DNA of 64,000 bases from Veleropilina oligotropha (GCA_048128005.1 JBEUKZ010000131.1:372001-436000), one strand, 5' to 3'. Positions 27,185 through 38,752 are shown, counted from the stretch's first letter. The notes: a model not told the origin generated them from the sequence alone. Translations and numbers: made by a program.

Positions 27185-28501
27185 TTTTTAGCTCGACTAT
27201 TCTAAAATAGTACGAGCTATTGCAGTCACCCTGTCGTCGGCGTCGGCGTTGGCGTCAAACTTCAGGTTAACATTTTGCATGAAGGGTCTTTTCTCACAAA
27301 TTTTTCAAACTACAACTTTCAAACTTCATACACTTGTTCAATGTCATTATGCGACCTTACATATTAGGCATAATAACTCTGGCTTCGTTGTTTTACCAAA
27401 TTATTCCCCTTTTTCGACTTAGACAATTCAGGTTAATGTTTTGCATGAAGGGTCTTTTCTCACAAATGTTTCACACTACACCTTTCAAACTTCATACACT
27501 TGTTCAACGTCATTATGCGACCTTACATTACAGGCGTAATAAATCTGGCTTCGTTATTTTACCAAATTATTCCCCTTTTTCGACTTAGACAAGTCAGGTT
27601 AATGTTTTGCATGAAGGGTCTTTTCTCACAATTTTTTCACACTACACCTTTCAAACTTCATACACTTGTTCAACGTCATTATGCGACCTTACATTACAGG
27701 CGTAATAAATCTGGCTTCGTTATTTTACCAAATTATTCCCCTTTTTCGACTTAGACAATTCAGGTTAATGTTTTGCATGAAGGGTCTTTTCTCACAACTT
27801 TTTCACACTACACCTTTCAAACTTCATACACTTGTTCAACGTCATTATGCGACCTTACATTACAGGCGTAGTAAATCTGGCTTCGTTATTTTACCAAATT
27901 ATTCCCCTTTTTCGACTTAGACAAGTCAGGTTAATGTTTTGCATGAAGGGTCTTTTCTCACAATTTTTTCACACTACACCTTTCAAACTTCATACACTTG
28001 TTCAACGTCATTATGCGACCTTACATTACAGGCGTAATAAATCTGGCTTCGTTATTTTACCAAATTATTCCCCTTTTTCGACTTAGACAATTCAGGTTAA
28101 TGTTTTGCATGAAGGGTCTTTTCTCACAAATTTTTCACATTACACCTTTCAAACTTCATACACTTGTTCAACGTCATTATGCGACCTTACATTACAGGCG
28201 TAATAAATCTGGCTTCGTTATTTTACCAAATTATTCCCCTTTTTCGACTTAGACAATTCAGGTTAATGTTTTGCATGAAGGGCCTTTTCTCACAAAGTCA
28301 ACTTCAGGTTAACATTTTGCATGAAGGGCCTTTTCTCACAAAGTGTTCACACTACAGCCTTGAAACTTCATACGCTTGTCACATCATTATGCGAACTTGC
28401 AATACAAGGGCCATAACTCTAGCTTCATTTTTACCAAATTATTTCCATTCATCGATCCAGCTTTTGATAGTCGAGCATGCTGTCCTCTGACAGCTCTTGT
28501 T
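27185..28501 (+). mobile_element. HINE-like (Helentron non-autonomous) element carrying about six 166-bp tandem repeats
   Basis: Sub-terminal inverted repeat GCTCGACTAT (27191) / ATAGTCGAGC (28467), (GTCGGC)n microsatellite, 166-nt period (ORF starts 27334, 27500, 27666, 27832, 27998, 28164), 3' hairpin GCTGTC-CTCT-GACAGC and TCTTGTT. Confidence 0.8.
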
Positions 28502-28516
28502 AAATTTATTATACAG

Positions 28517-28822
28517 ATGTTCCGTCTCCCCCTCGTGGACCCCTGACGATCTTGAAGGTCACGAAGGACTCTGTCGAGATGGAGTGGCAGTCTTCTGAGG
28601 ACGATGGTGGGACGCCGATACTGAACTACGCCGTGGAGATCATTGAAGCTCGCCGCACGGTCTGGGGCCGCGCGGGTGTCACCAATGCACGTACATTCAC
28701 ATTCATCGCCAGAAACCTGGTCGTGAATAATGAGTACTCATTCAGGATTCGGGCTATCAATGCCGAAGGCGAGAGTTTACCCCTTGAGGGATCCGACGCT
28801 ATCATACCCAGGGAGAAACATG
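28517..28822 (+). CDS. FN3 exon (unit 4, B)
   Basis: tacAG/ ... /GTatgc; 306 nt. Confidence 0.92.
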
Positions 28823-29114
28823 GTATGCATGGTAGCAATGTCCATTCGTTTGAAAATTATGATTAATTGACTTTTTATTCGCGTTGTTTCATTTTTCTCA
28901 TTAATCATTATTAGCATTTATTGCAAGCAAGAGGCATGATCATGTTCTTTTGATGAATTCTACAATTTACCTATAAACAGTCTTATCAAAGTCACTGCTA
29001 TATGAATAGCATGGCGACATACATTTAAAAATAATGAAATGTCATTAATAATTTCAACATAGTGTAAGTGAAATTTTTCAAAATCATTATAAATTACAAA
29101 TGTTGTCATTTTAG

Positions 29115-29420
29115 AAAAACCGAAGCCACCTCAAAACCTTCGGATCAGTCACATTGGCAAAGACAACGTTACGTTGGATTGGAAGCCATCGTTCGATGAT
29201 GGAGGTTCAAAGGTCAAGAGATATTATGTTCAAGTTCGCAGTGACAAAAAAACCAGCAACTGGCAAGACGTTGGATCTGTGGAAGCATACAAGACCAACT
29301 TTACTGTCCCTGATCTCAACACCAGCGAATCCTACTTCTTCGCCGTAACAGCGGAAAACGAGGTTGGTGTCAGTGAGCCCAAGGTGACTGAAAAACCAAT
29401 ATCCTTGAAGCAAGTAATCG
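29115..29420 (+). CDS. FN3 exon (unit 4, C)
   Basis: tttAG/ ... /GTaagt; 306 nt. Confidence 0.93.
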
Positions 29421-29732
29421 GTAAGTAGAACCAAAACCAGTAAATATTCTTATATGGTGTTCGGTAGATATAATTTGATAAGGTACACATGCTCTCTAAC
29501 ACCTTTCAGTTGTCCGTTTATTTGGTTTACTTTACTTATTTTTAGTTTCCTTAGTTTTGTGTTAGTCTTTGGAAGCCGTGATGTGTGATAAATCCAGTTC
29601 ACTGGTATTCTCAGTGCAGCCATAAGTTACAGAAGACTGTTGTTTAGGTTTTCACTCAAATTAACAAAGAATAACTAAGCAATAATCTGATTTTAGCACC
29701 TTCCTGCATTGATTCTGGGCATTATCTTTCAG

Positions 29733-30038
29733 TATCACCCTCAGCCCCGGTAGGACCTATCGTTATGTCGGACATCGAACGTAATGCCGGCACTGTATCA
29801 TGGAAACCCAGCCAGAAGGACGGTGGCTCTCCGGTGACTCACTACATGATCGAGAAGAGAGAGAGCTGGAAGTCGTCGTGGAGCCACGTCGAGCGCATCA
29901 AGGCATCGAGTACCAGCCTGAAAATACTCAACCTGAAGGAAGGCACAGACTACTTCATCAGAGTTATGGCAGAAAACGTCGCCGGGTTGTCCGAATCCTT
30001 GACCGGTGAAAATACACTGTCACCAAAGAGTCCATACA
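29733..30038 (+). CDS. FN3 exon (unit 4, D; EKRESWKSSW...PKSPY)
   Basis: ttcAG/ ... /GTaagc; 306 nt. Confidence 0.93.
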
Positions 30039-30371
30039 GTAAGCAATGCCAGTTTTTTACCTGCTTGAATATTTCAAGGTGACAAACTATTAGAAGACAT
30101 ATGCAGTATATGTCGATCATATAGGAGTGAGACCTAAATTGGTGTCCCGACTGAAAAATTTCCAAAAGCATGTGTAAAGTAAACTTGTCAATCGATTATT
30201 TTCTGAACAGTACATACTGTAGTACCAAACCATTGACTCTGTTTGAATTATTGAAAATCATGAAATTGATATTCTAGAAAACACGTAGTAAATTAATTAA
30301 TTTTTTAATATTGGTGAGAGTTAAATATAAAATTTACAGTTTCTTGACAATCCATATATTTTAATCTTCAG

Positions 30372-30677
30372 ATAAACCCTCAGCCCCGACTGGCCCGATA
30401 GAAGTTACCGAGGTAGATGCCAACTCCGTAACCATCCACTGGAGGGCGCCTGAGTCTGATGGCGGCATCCCACTCAAACGCTACACCGTCGAGCGCCGAG
30501 AAACCAAGCGTGTTGCCTGGATCAAAGCCGACACAGTGAAATCATCCGTAACCACGTTGACTGTTGATAAGCTTTTGGAGGGATGTGATTACGTGTTCCG
30601 TGTTATGGCGGAAAACGATGAGGGTCAGAGTGTGCCCCTAGAATTGCTGGAACCCATCACCTGCAAGCGAGTGGCAA
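30372..30677 (+). CDS. FN3 exon (unit 4, E; DGGIPL)
   Basis: ttcAG/ ... /GTaagt; 306 nt. Confidence 0.93.
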
Positions 30678-31105
30678 GTAAGTGGACCAGTCTGTTGGCA
30701 GCCATGCATATGGCAGTCACACTTCCATGTGCAACTAATATTATTGTTGATGCTGTACTACCTTGGGTATTGATGATTTTATGCAGACGCAAGATGGCAT
30801 ATATGCAGATAACAAATGATATGGGCCTGTTCGACTCAAGATATCTTCTCTGCACTTGACATAACTGACACACATGAAAAGAAAATTTCAGAAACTGGAG
30901 CATTTTTATAATATTAATATTGTATGCAGTCAATTCTTTGGATACTATTTTCTGCAAATTAAGTCAGAATTACTTTTTATGTATTTTATTTAGTTTGCTT
31001 ATTAGCGAATTCTTATTTGTGTAGTTCTTTAAACTACAATACATTATAATTAATTCTTATATTACCATTTCCGCTATTGCTATGGATTTCTGTTTCCTCT
31101 TTCAG

Positions 31106-31411
31106 GCGTTTCTGCTTCACCGTCTGGCAAGCTACGTTACAGCAAGCTGCTGACCACATCGGTCATGCTGGACTGGTCACCCCCACGGGACAACGGCGGC
31201 TCGCGTCTGACCTCATACCTGATCGAGGCCAAGACCAACAAATCTCCCGACTGGTTCTCTGTCGCGGAGGTTGCCCCAGAAGTCACGAGAAATAATGTGA
31301 GAAACCTCACTGAAGGCCTCGAGTACGAGTTCCGGGTGATGGCAGTCAACGGCATCGGACGAAGTAAGCCCCTCGTCATGGAGAACAGCGTCAGACCTCT
31401 GCGACCGGCAG
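31106..31411 (+). CDS. FN3 exon (unit 4, F; LLTTSV)
   Basis: ttcAG/ ... /GTaaga; 306 nt. Confidence 0.92.
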
Positions 31412-31859
31412 GTAAGAAGACTAATCTGGCTTATATTAATCTAGAATTGCGTATGAATATGGTCATGGCTGACTTTCTATATGCACTATTTTCTATATGT
31501 AATTATTTCATCATGGTTCTTTGTCAGTAATAGTGTTGACAAACCCTCCTAGTCACGTGAATCTGATTGTCCCTGGAGCGATCTTGTGACCAGCTGTATT
31601 AAATGTAAACACAATCAAGCTTTTATGTGCTGTTGCTGATGCCCTGTGAAATGTTATTAATTGACTACTTGGAAGTTCCTTTGATCTATGCATAATAGGG
31701 CGTTTCTGTTTTTGTGCATTTATACGTGCAATATGTTTCAAGTATCTTTCAAATATAGCTGCTGAAAGAAATCATTTCTAAAATAAAATCAGTGCCTATT
31801 TAATGATATAATATGTATTGGATAAACAGTTAAACATCCAAGTCATGTTTGCATTGCAG

Positions 31860-32165
31860 AGACTCCAGACTCTCCGATAGGACCATTGGAATACAGCGAT
31901 GTCAACCGAGACACTGTGACCTTGACCTGGAGGCCCCCGACTGAGGATGGCGGCAGCCCGCTCACTGCATACATCATCGACCGACATGATCTGTCGTTCG
32001 GTGGCTGGCAGAGAGTTGGCCGTGTGGCGCCAAATGTGAACACGTTCCGAAACCAAAACCTGTTTGAGGGCCACAACTACAACTTCCGTGTCTACGCGGA
32101 GAATAAGATCGGTGTCAGCTCATCACTGGAGCTGAAGACCACCGTTAGAGTCAAGAGTCCATTTG
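31860..32165 (+). CDS. FN3 exon (unit 4, A; VKSPF)
   Basis: tgcAG/ ... /GTaagt; 306 nt. Confidence 0.93.
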
Positions 32166-32425
32166 GTAAGTGAGACATATATGTATGTCATGGAAAGTAA
32201 ATTGGAAAATGTGGACTTCTTGAAATCTTGACATCAATATTCATTTGATGTCTACATAGTTATTTGAAATTGCAATTTTATAACAGTAACTATAATTATA
32301 ATAAATTATTATTGACAGCTGAAAATTGTTAACTAGACAAGAGCAATTTTGTATTGAGGTTAGCGATATTCTATCAATGGAAATGACAAATTTTGTTGAC
32401 AATGTTTTTGTTATTATATTTCTAG

Positions 32426-32728
32426 ACAAACCATCATCTCCAAAGAATCTCAAGGTCTTGGAAATCACTGAAGACAGTGTGAGCATGGAGTGGTCTCCCC
32501 CTGATTCGCTGGGTGGCATCGATATGTTGGGCTACATCATTGAGCGACGTGAGACTGGCACGACCAACTGGATCAAGGTTGGACACACTGACCCGATCAC
32601 CACCAAGTTCCGGGCACTCAACCTGCTCGAGGGCAGAGAGTACGTGTTTCGCGTGTCCGCTGAAAACCTGGAAGGGGAGAGCGCCCCAGTCACGATGCTG
32701 TCACCAGTCATGCCGATTAGGGAAATAG
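32426..32728 (+). CDS. FN3 exon
   Basis: tctAG/ ... /GTaagt; 303 nt. Confidence 0.93.
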
Positions 32729-32833
32729 GTAAGTAGCTGGGAAATGTTACGAAACCATCTTCATTGCATTTGTTAACATATGTATTATCTGAAATTTAAT
32801 AAAAGGATGAATTGATTAAAGCACAAAACCGTA

Positions 32834-32990
32834 TTATTATGACCCCACCAATTTATTGGGGGGGGGGGGGCATTTAGATTTCCCCTTGTCCGTCCGTCCC
32901 ATTCCAAAAACCAGTATTTGCATTCAAGCAACTCCCTATGGTGAAAGCTTCCAATGGGGGCATTCGTGTCCCATGGACACATTTCTAGTT
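32834..32990 (+). mobile_element. Short internally deleted HINE-like element
   Basis: TTATGACCCC..GGGGCAT inverted repeat, (GTCC)n microsatellite, 3' GGGGGCAT, GTGTCC-CAT-GGACAC hairpin and TTTCTAGTT. Confidence 0.6.
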
Positions 32991-33274
32991 GTTCATGGGT
33001 CATAAGATAGATATCATATGAGCTGTCGTAACGACATGTCTGTTTCAACTTTGTGTCCCATCATTAACAGTTTCTTGTGTTTTCAAAAAACATATTTGAC
33101 CTAATAGCAGTTTCCTTTACATCAATTAATACTATTACATGTATTTGGTGCATGATACTTTTAATACATTTATTTTGTTTGAAGGTCATTTTGTTTATCA
33201 GACCTTGGCTTGATAATTTGATGGAAAAGATTTAACATTTCTGTGTCAGTGATATATCACTTCTTTATCTTTAG

Positions 33275-33577
33275 CTGTACCCTCTGCGCCCGAGACGTTA
33301 GACGTGTCTCGCGTCATGCGAGACTCTGCCTGGCTTAACTGGACGCGACCCCTTCAAAATGGTGGCTCGCCTATCACTGGATACACCATCGAGCAGCGTG
33401 ACAACAAAAAGACATCCTGGGGTCGCGTGGCGGAGGTCGATCGGGGAACAGAGTCTTACAAGGCTGAGTTCCTTATTGAAGGCTACGAATACTTCTTCCG
33501 CATCAAGGCGAGGAACGCAGCCGGACCAGGAGAACCCATCGAGTCTGCTAAGGGCGTTCGGCCGTGTAAACCTGCAG
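33275..33577 (+). CDS. FN3 exon
   Basis: tttAG/ ... /GTattg; 303 nt. Confidence 0.93.
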
Positions 33578-33719
33578 GTATTGGCTATGGCTGTCATATA
33601 GTGGTTCACTCAATCCGATTTATTTTAACCTGCTACTTTGGACCTGAAATTTATAACTATAATGTTGTCATTGCTCTCATTACCAGCTTCTCATTTCGTT
33701 TTAAGTGTCACCGATTTTG

Positions 33720-33804
33720 CATTGTCATTGATGTGTTTTCATTGTCATTGATGTGTTTTCATTGCCATTGATGTGTTTTCATTGCCATTGATGTGTTTTC
33801 ATTG
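33720..33804. repeat. 20-bp minisatellite x4
   Basis: CATTG(T/C)CATTGATGTGTTTT repeated. Confidence 0.85.
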
Positions 33805-34118
33805 ACCTAATTTATGATAAAAGTGGTCTTATCGCGTGCATTGTCTATACGTTAGTACTTTCCTAATGATATATGCGAAATGGATATGGAAGACGTAAAA
33901 GTAAACCCGGGGTCTAACGCCGTTCAAATCTCAGTTGGGGAATTAAGATTCTTTGTTCATTGTTCAATCGCATTGTCCGTAGCTGGCCAGAGATTTTTCC
34001 CAGGCAGGTTTTCCTGTTGACCACGCTTTTCTCCCGCGATAATATGGACATTCCTGCCTTGAACATGAATGGTGGCTAATATACATGACATTAAGCATCG
34101 ATCCAATCTCCCTTTCAG

Positions 34119-34424
34119 ACAAGCCATTACCCCCTGCTGGTCCTCTGGACATCACAGATATCAGTGAGGACCGCATGACCTTGACATGGAGGTCACCGGA
34201 CAGCGACGGCGGTTCTAAACTGACCGGATATATCGTGGAGAAATGCGAGGCTCGCAAGATGAGATGGGTGCGAGTCACGAAGACTATGCCAGGCACAGAG
34301 ACATGCAGAGTGGATCATCTACTAGAGGGCGCTGACTACTATTTCCGGGTCATGGCTGAGAACCAAATTGGGGTCAGCGTGCCACTGGAGTCTGACAATT
34401 CCGTCAAACCGAAGAGTCCATATG
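34119..34424 (+). CDS. FN3 exon (PKSPY)
   Basis: ttcAG/ ... /GTaaga; 306 nt. Confidence 0.93.
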
Positions 34425-34910
34425 GTAAGAAAATATTAAATGTGATTCGGTTAAATCATATGGCGATTATGAACATATACAATCGATTGTGTAACAGTTC
34501 AGAGTGCAATTATTGTGCTGAATGTGCTGGTTTGACTCCGTTGAAAGGCAGTTCGCATTTATCATTCGGGGATATAGACTATAGCTGCCATAATATGGTG
34601 GGTTTTATCGGATATTCCAAGCTTTCCTCTGATGATTGTTTATAACAGAACAATATGCTCAAAGTCATGTTCTCTGTCAGTTGATGTTAAATTAGAACTT
34701 ATCCGAGATTGAATGCTTGTAACTCAAAAGAGATGAATTGACGGCGGTAGTAAATAACCCTTGGAGACGGATGGGTTTCATCGGTTTTGTGCCAATATAT
34801 ATGACCATGAATCATGAAAGCGTTCAATAAACTTCAACTGACATCACTTAATGCCAATCTCTATAAATGTTGAAACTGTTGTATTTAATTAATTATGGTA
34901 TTTTTGACAG

Positions 34911-35216
34911 GTCCCCCATCAAGGCCTACTGGACCAATCAAAACCCTAAGAATTACCAGAGACACCGTTACTATTCAGTGGCTGCCGCCCGCTAATGACG
35001 GCGGGTCGCCTGTCACTCACTACAGCGTAGAACGCCACGAAGGTGTGAAGCGACCCTGGAATCACCTCGGGCGCACCGACGCCGAGGTGACCACCTTCTG
35101 CGTACAGTCGCTATCCGAGGGCCAGGATTACTACTTCAGAGTGTTTGCGGAAAACAAATATGGCCGCAGCGAGCCTCTGGAGACAGAGTATCCTGTGATA
35201 CCCAAGAGAATCTTTG
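34911..35216 (+). CDS. Last FN3 exon of the tandem array (PKRIF)
   Basis: gacAG/ ... /GTaagt; 306 nt. Confidence 0.93.
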
Positions 35217-35800
35217 GTAAGTGCCCTGTTTTCTTCCCTGGTGATAGAATACTATGCCTTTGATTTTCAGTGCGATTGCTGTGTGCGCCTATACACTCAG
35301 AAAGATCCTTAGTGAAATCCTAAAGTGTGACGATCCATCCCATCCAAGTAATTAAATTACCAATAGTGTGCAGTATGATGAATGGTATGATCAGATAAAG
35401 TGGACATTAAGGTACTTACATCAATTGTCGAGTCTTCGGATGTGTCACACAGACATTTTCAAGAGAGTTCTTTCAACCCTAAAGCTTTGTGCATTGACTG
35501 AAATGATAGTATGTGAATAGATCAACCATATATATGCCGTGATCAAGGGTAAGCTTTCGTGGATCATCTCCTGCCAAATGGCAAAGACAGAGATGGAACC
35601 ACAGTCTTGAAAAATAGCTGTGTGCAATATTTCTAATCTTGACTCTCTTCAATTGACTCTGATGTAAGTAAGTTAATTTACACTTATAATAGTATGCACT
35701 TCTTGGAAACAGTGGTATGTGCATGTGAATCGGATCACTTTCGCTTTCATTATTGTATAGCTAAATCGTGTGATGATTGCGCATATATAGTACATTTAGG

Positions 35801-36270
35801 ATTAGACAGCGAGCGATGAAGTCACCCGGCGGATTACATGAAAAACAGTTTACAATGACATGCCTGTAATAATTTCACAAGCAATATGTGTACAATATGT
35901 TTATCAATGACAAACATGAATAAGAAATTATAAGATATGATAAACATATTTTTGTAGATAAAATGACTTATTAAACATTAGAATGGCTTTTTTATGACGA
36001 AACAACTATCAATGTTAACTGTAGTAATAAATGGTATTTGAGCGAAGAAATAATTGTAGGGGCTTTGCCCCTCATATTAATTGACAATTGCGGCAACTAC
36101 AAATTGCATACAATTTCCTAAATTTATATTTTTCGCTTAAAATTAAAAATGACCAAGACCATCCCCTGGGTACCCTTAGTTCACATGCAAAGTTTGGTGA
36201 GGATCGGCCCAGTGGTTACAGAGGAGATAGCGGACAGACAGACAGACTCTACTCTTTTATATATAGAGAT
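35801..36270 (-). mobile_element. Non-autonomous Helitron-like element
   Basis: On the minus strand it starts A|TCTCTATATATAAAAG followed by (GTCT)n, and ends with a GC-rich segment then CTAAT. Confidence 0.55.
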
Positions 36271-36514
36271 TAGTTTCCTTGATCAGACTTCTGTGCCAAT
36301 CATAATGCAGCAAACCACTGCAGTGTCTCTGTATTGGTACAGTGAAAGGGTGTAATCGCTGAAAGTATGGTTTCAGTCTTGTGCATAAATAACAAATTAC
36401 AGATCTAATCAAAGAATTATCATTAATTGATATCATTGCACTCCTTTGAGAAGCAAATAACAGATAATTATAAATGCATCATTTGTGTTTGTTCACCATT
36501 TTGTTCACTAAAGC

Positions 36515-37563
36515 TTGAAATAGCTCGCATGCGTGGAACTGCGCATCACTTATATTTCATGAGTACATGTATTGTGTCTACATTCAGTAGTAGATGACAT
36601 TGTCAATTTGAAATAGACATATAAAGCATATATAAAAATTTGTATGAAGTCCAAAATTGCTATTTATGTGCAAAATTTCAATTAAAATTGCTTTCAATAT
36701 CTCTACTCTAGGGTTAGATGACAATGAAATAGTGATATCTGACCAAGGAAGATGCCAAAGTATGCCTATTATTGCATATATAGCATGTTTGAGAGTCCAA
36801 AAGCAACCTTTTATGGTAAAATTTGATTTAAGCTAGACTTATCACAGAAGTGACCGTATGCCCCCACAAAAGCACTTGACCCATGAATAAGCTGTCGCAG
36901 TGACCTACTTTTGGGATATGAAGCATGCACACATCAAGTTTCGTGTCCCTCGGTCAAATAGCATGGGAGATATGGAGTGGAAAGGAATTTTGGACCAAGC
37001 GCAGTCAAACGTGAAAAGTAGGTCGCGGTGACTGGCTTTTGGTACGCGGCACACCTTTTGGTTAAGATCGATGAATGCACACATCAAGTTTTGTGTCCCT
37101 TGGTCAAATAGTATGGGAGATATGGAGCGGAAGGGAATTTTGACCAAGTGCGATAAAGCGTGAAAAGTGGGTCGCAGTGACCACTTTCGGTACGCGACAC
37201 ACCTTTGGGTTATGACGCATCCACATATCAACTTTCGTGTCCCTAGAAATATTATCGGAGATATGGAGCAGAAGGGAATTTGCAACAGACCGACAGACAG
37301 ACATGTCAAGCTGACTCCTATATGCCGAAGGAAATTACCTTCAATATTATTTATTTTGTGCGAGGTAATGATGAAGTAGTGATATCTAACATATAGAAAT
37401 GTTAAAACATGCATATACTTGCTTATATAGCATGATTGAGGAACTTTAACCTGAGAACCAATTGTTGACGACGGCAGGACGGATGGCCAGACGGACGGAC
37501 GAACGGCCAGACGACATGTTCAGTACATAGACTCGCATTTGCGTTGCATGCGAGCCAATAAAA
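36515..37563 (-). mobile_element. HINE-like element(s), probably nested, with ~140-150-bp internal tandem units (36900-37290)
   Basis: Inverted GCTCGCATGC (near 36523) / GCATGCGAGC (near 37546), (GGAC)n and (GACA)n microsatellites, ATATGGAG..GGAATTT recurring at 36970, 37120 and 37261. Confidence 0.6.
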
Positions 37564-37969
37564 TAGAGTCTAAATGTGTGACATAAATTATAATTGCTAT
37601 TGCAAGGCTTCCTTTTCAATGCTACATCATAAAATAAGGTTAATATACTATATTTATTGTTGATACCAAGGCAAAATTTTCCACCTCTGCAATTATACTA
37701 ATTGGATTTCAAGTCCATCTTCTTCATTTTATATACAACAAACACGTAAATATGTATGAATGATATATTATGCAAAATATCAGATATTGACTAGTATCAT
37801 ATATCAATAACAAATTACTACAATATAAAAGGCAACATTCAATACAACATATTATAATATATTTGGCCTTGGGGGTCATGTCAGCAGTTCGTGTAAAATT
37901 TAAACCATTATAAAATTCCGTTGGATTTTATGATTTATAACATGTTCTGCAGTTAAACATGTTAGCTAG

Positions 37970-38195
37970 ATGTTGCGGATCAGCTAGAATTCAGCGGTTG
38001 TGCCATCTACGGATCAGTGCGTGCTTCAGCGGCAGACGCACAACGGATCAATCTGCTTCAGCGGCAATCATCAGATAGGAGATGCTACGGATCAGCTGAG
38101 CCTCAGCGGCGGTCAGAAGATACGGTTCGGCTACGACTCCGCGGTAGCCATGACTACGGATCAGCAGCTTCTGCGGTAGCATGCATACGACAGAA
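37970..38195 (+). repeat. GC-rich array of six 31-44-bp units: CGGATCAG-x-TCAGCGG-y
   Basis: Unit starts at 37976, 38010, 38044, 38088, 38123 and 38157; two conserved boxes with variable x and y segments. Confidence 0.8.
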
Positions 38196-38658
38196 TAAGT
38201 AATTGCTAGGAGGTAACGTAAAAATGTAAATATGGAACAATGAAAGCCTTGGGGGTGAAGATACTTAACGAAGTTAGAGTATAAATGTCAAATGGAAGCT
38301 GATAAGCTGACTGCCCCCAATGAAATGTTGTGGAATAATATATAAAAGTACACATAAGCATTAATGATATTAAAACTTTTACTGGAGTACAAATATCCAG
38401 CCATGCAACTGTAATGTTAACAGTAAGGTGACGCAGGCCAATTGCTCAATTTGGAATATCTTTTCCAATGCATTTGATGTTAACTTTAATGTGACATAGA
38501 CAACTGTGCATGGCGCAGTGTGTGTAAATCTGTGCATATATAATGCTGCAATTATACTAATTGGATATCAAGTCCATCTTCTTCATCAACTTGTGGAAAA
38601 CAGTCAGACACACATGATGGCAATTTTCTGTCATGTACTGGACTGATGAATGTTGTTA

Positions 38659-38752
38659 TCATTCATGTTCAGTTGGACCTGGTGCGGTCATTCATGGTCA
38701 GTTGGACCTGGTGCGGTCAATCATGATCAGTTGGACCTGGTGCAGTCATTCA
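38659..38752. repeat. 29-bp tandem repeat x3
   Basis: TCATTCATG(T/G/A)TCAGTTGGACCTGGTGCGG repeated. Confidence 0.85.

Noticed and set aside
27334..28490. Six near-identical 84-aa ORFs (MFNVIMRPY...)
   Set aside because: Artefacts of the 166-bp tandem repeat inside a mobile element; the period is not a multiple of 3 and no domain is recognisable.
337..35263. Treating each FN3 ORF as a separate small gene or a prokaryotic operon
   Set aside because: ORF ends run into AT-rich sequence exactly at GT donors and begin after AG acceptors; they are exons of one gene.
36712..36759. Apparent 48-nt phase-1 micro-exon (GLDDNEIVISDQGRCQ)
   Set aside because: The sequence and its downstream flank recur in diverged form near 37363-37440, inside the HINE-like element, so it is an internal element repeat.
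37970..38195. CRISPR array interpretation of the repeat-variable-repeat pattern
   Set aside because: Eukaryotic intron, no cas genes, conserved boxes only 7-9 nt and variable parts mostly 5-13 nt.
38017..38202. 61-aa ORF across the hairpin array
   Set aside because: GTG start, unit lengths are not multiples of 3, no peptide periodicity and no convincing splice sites.
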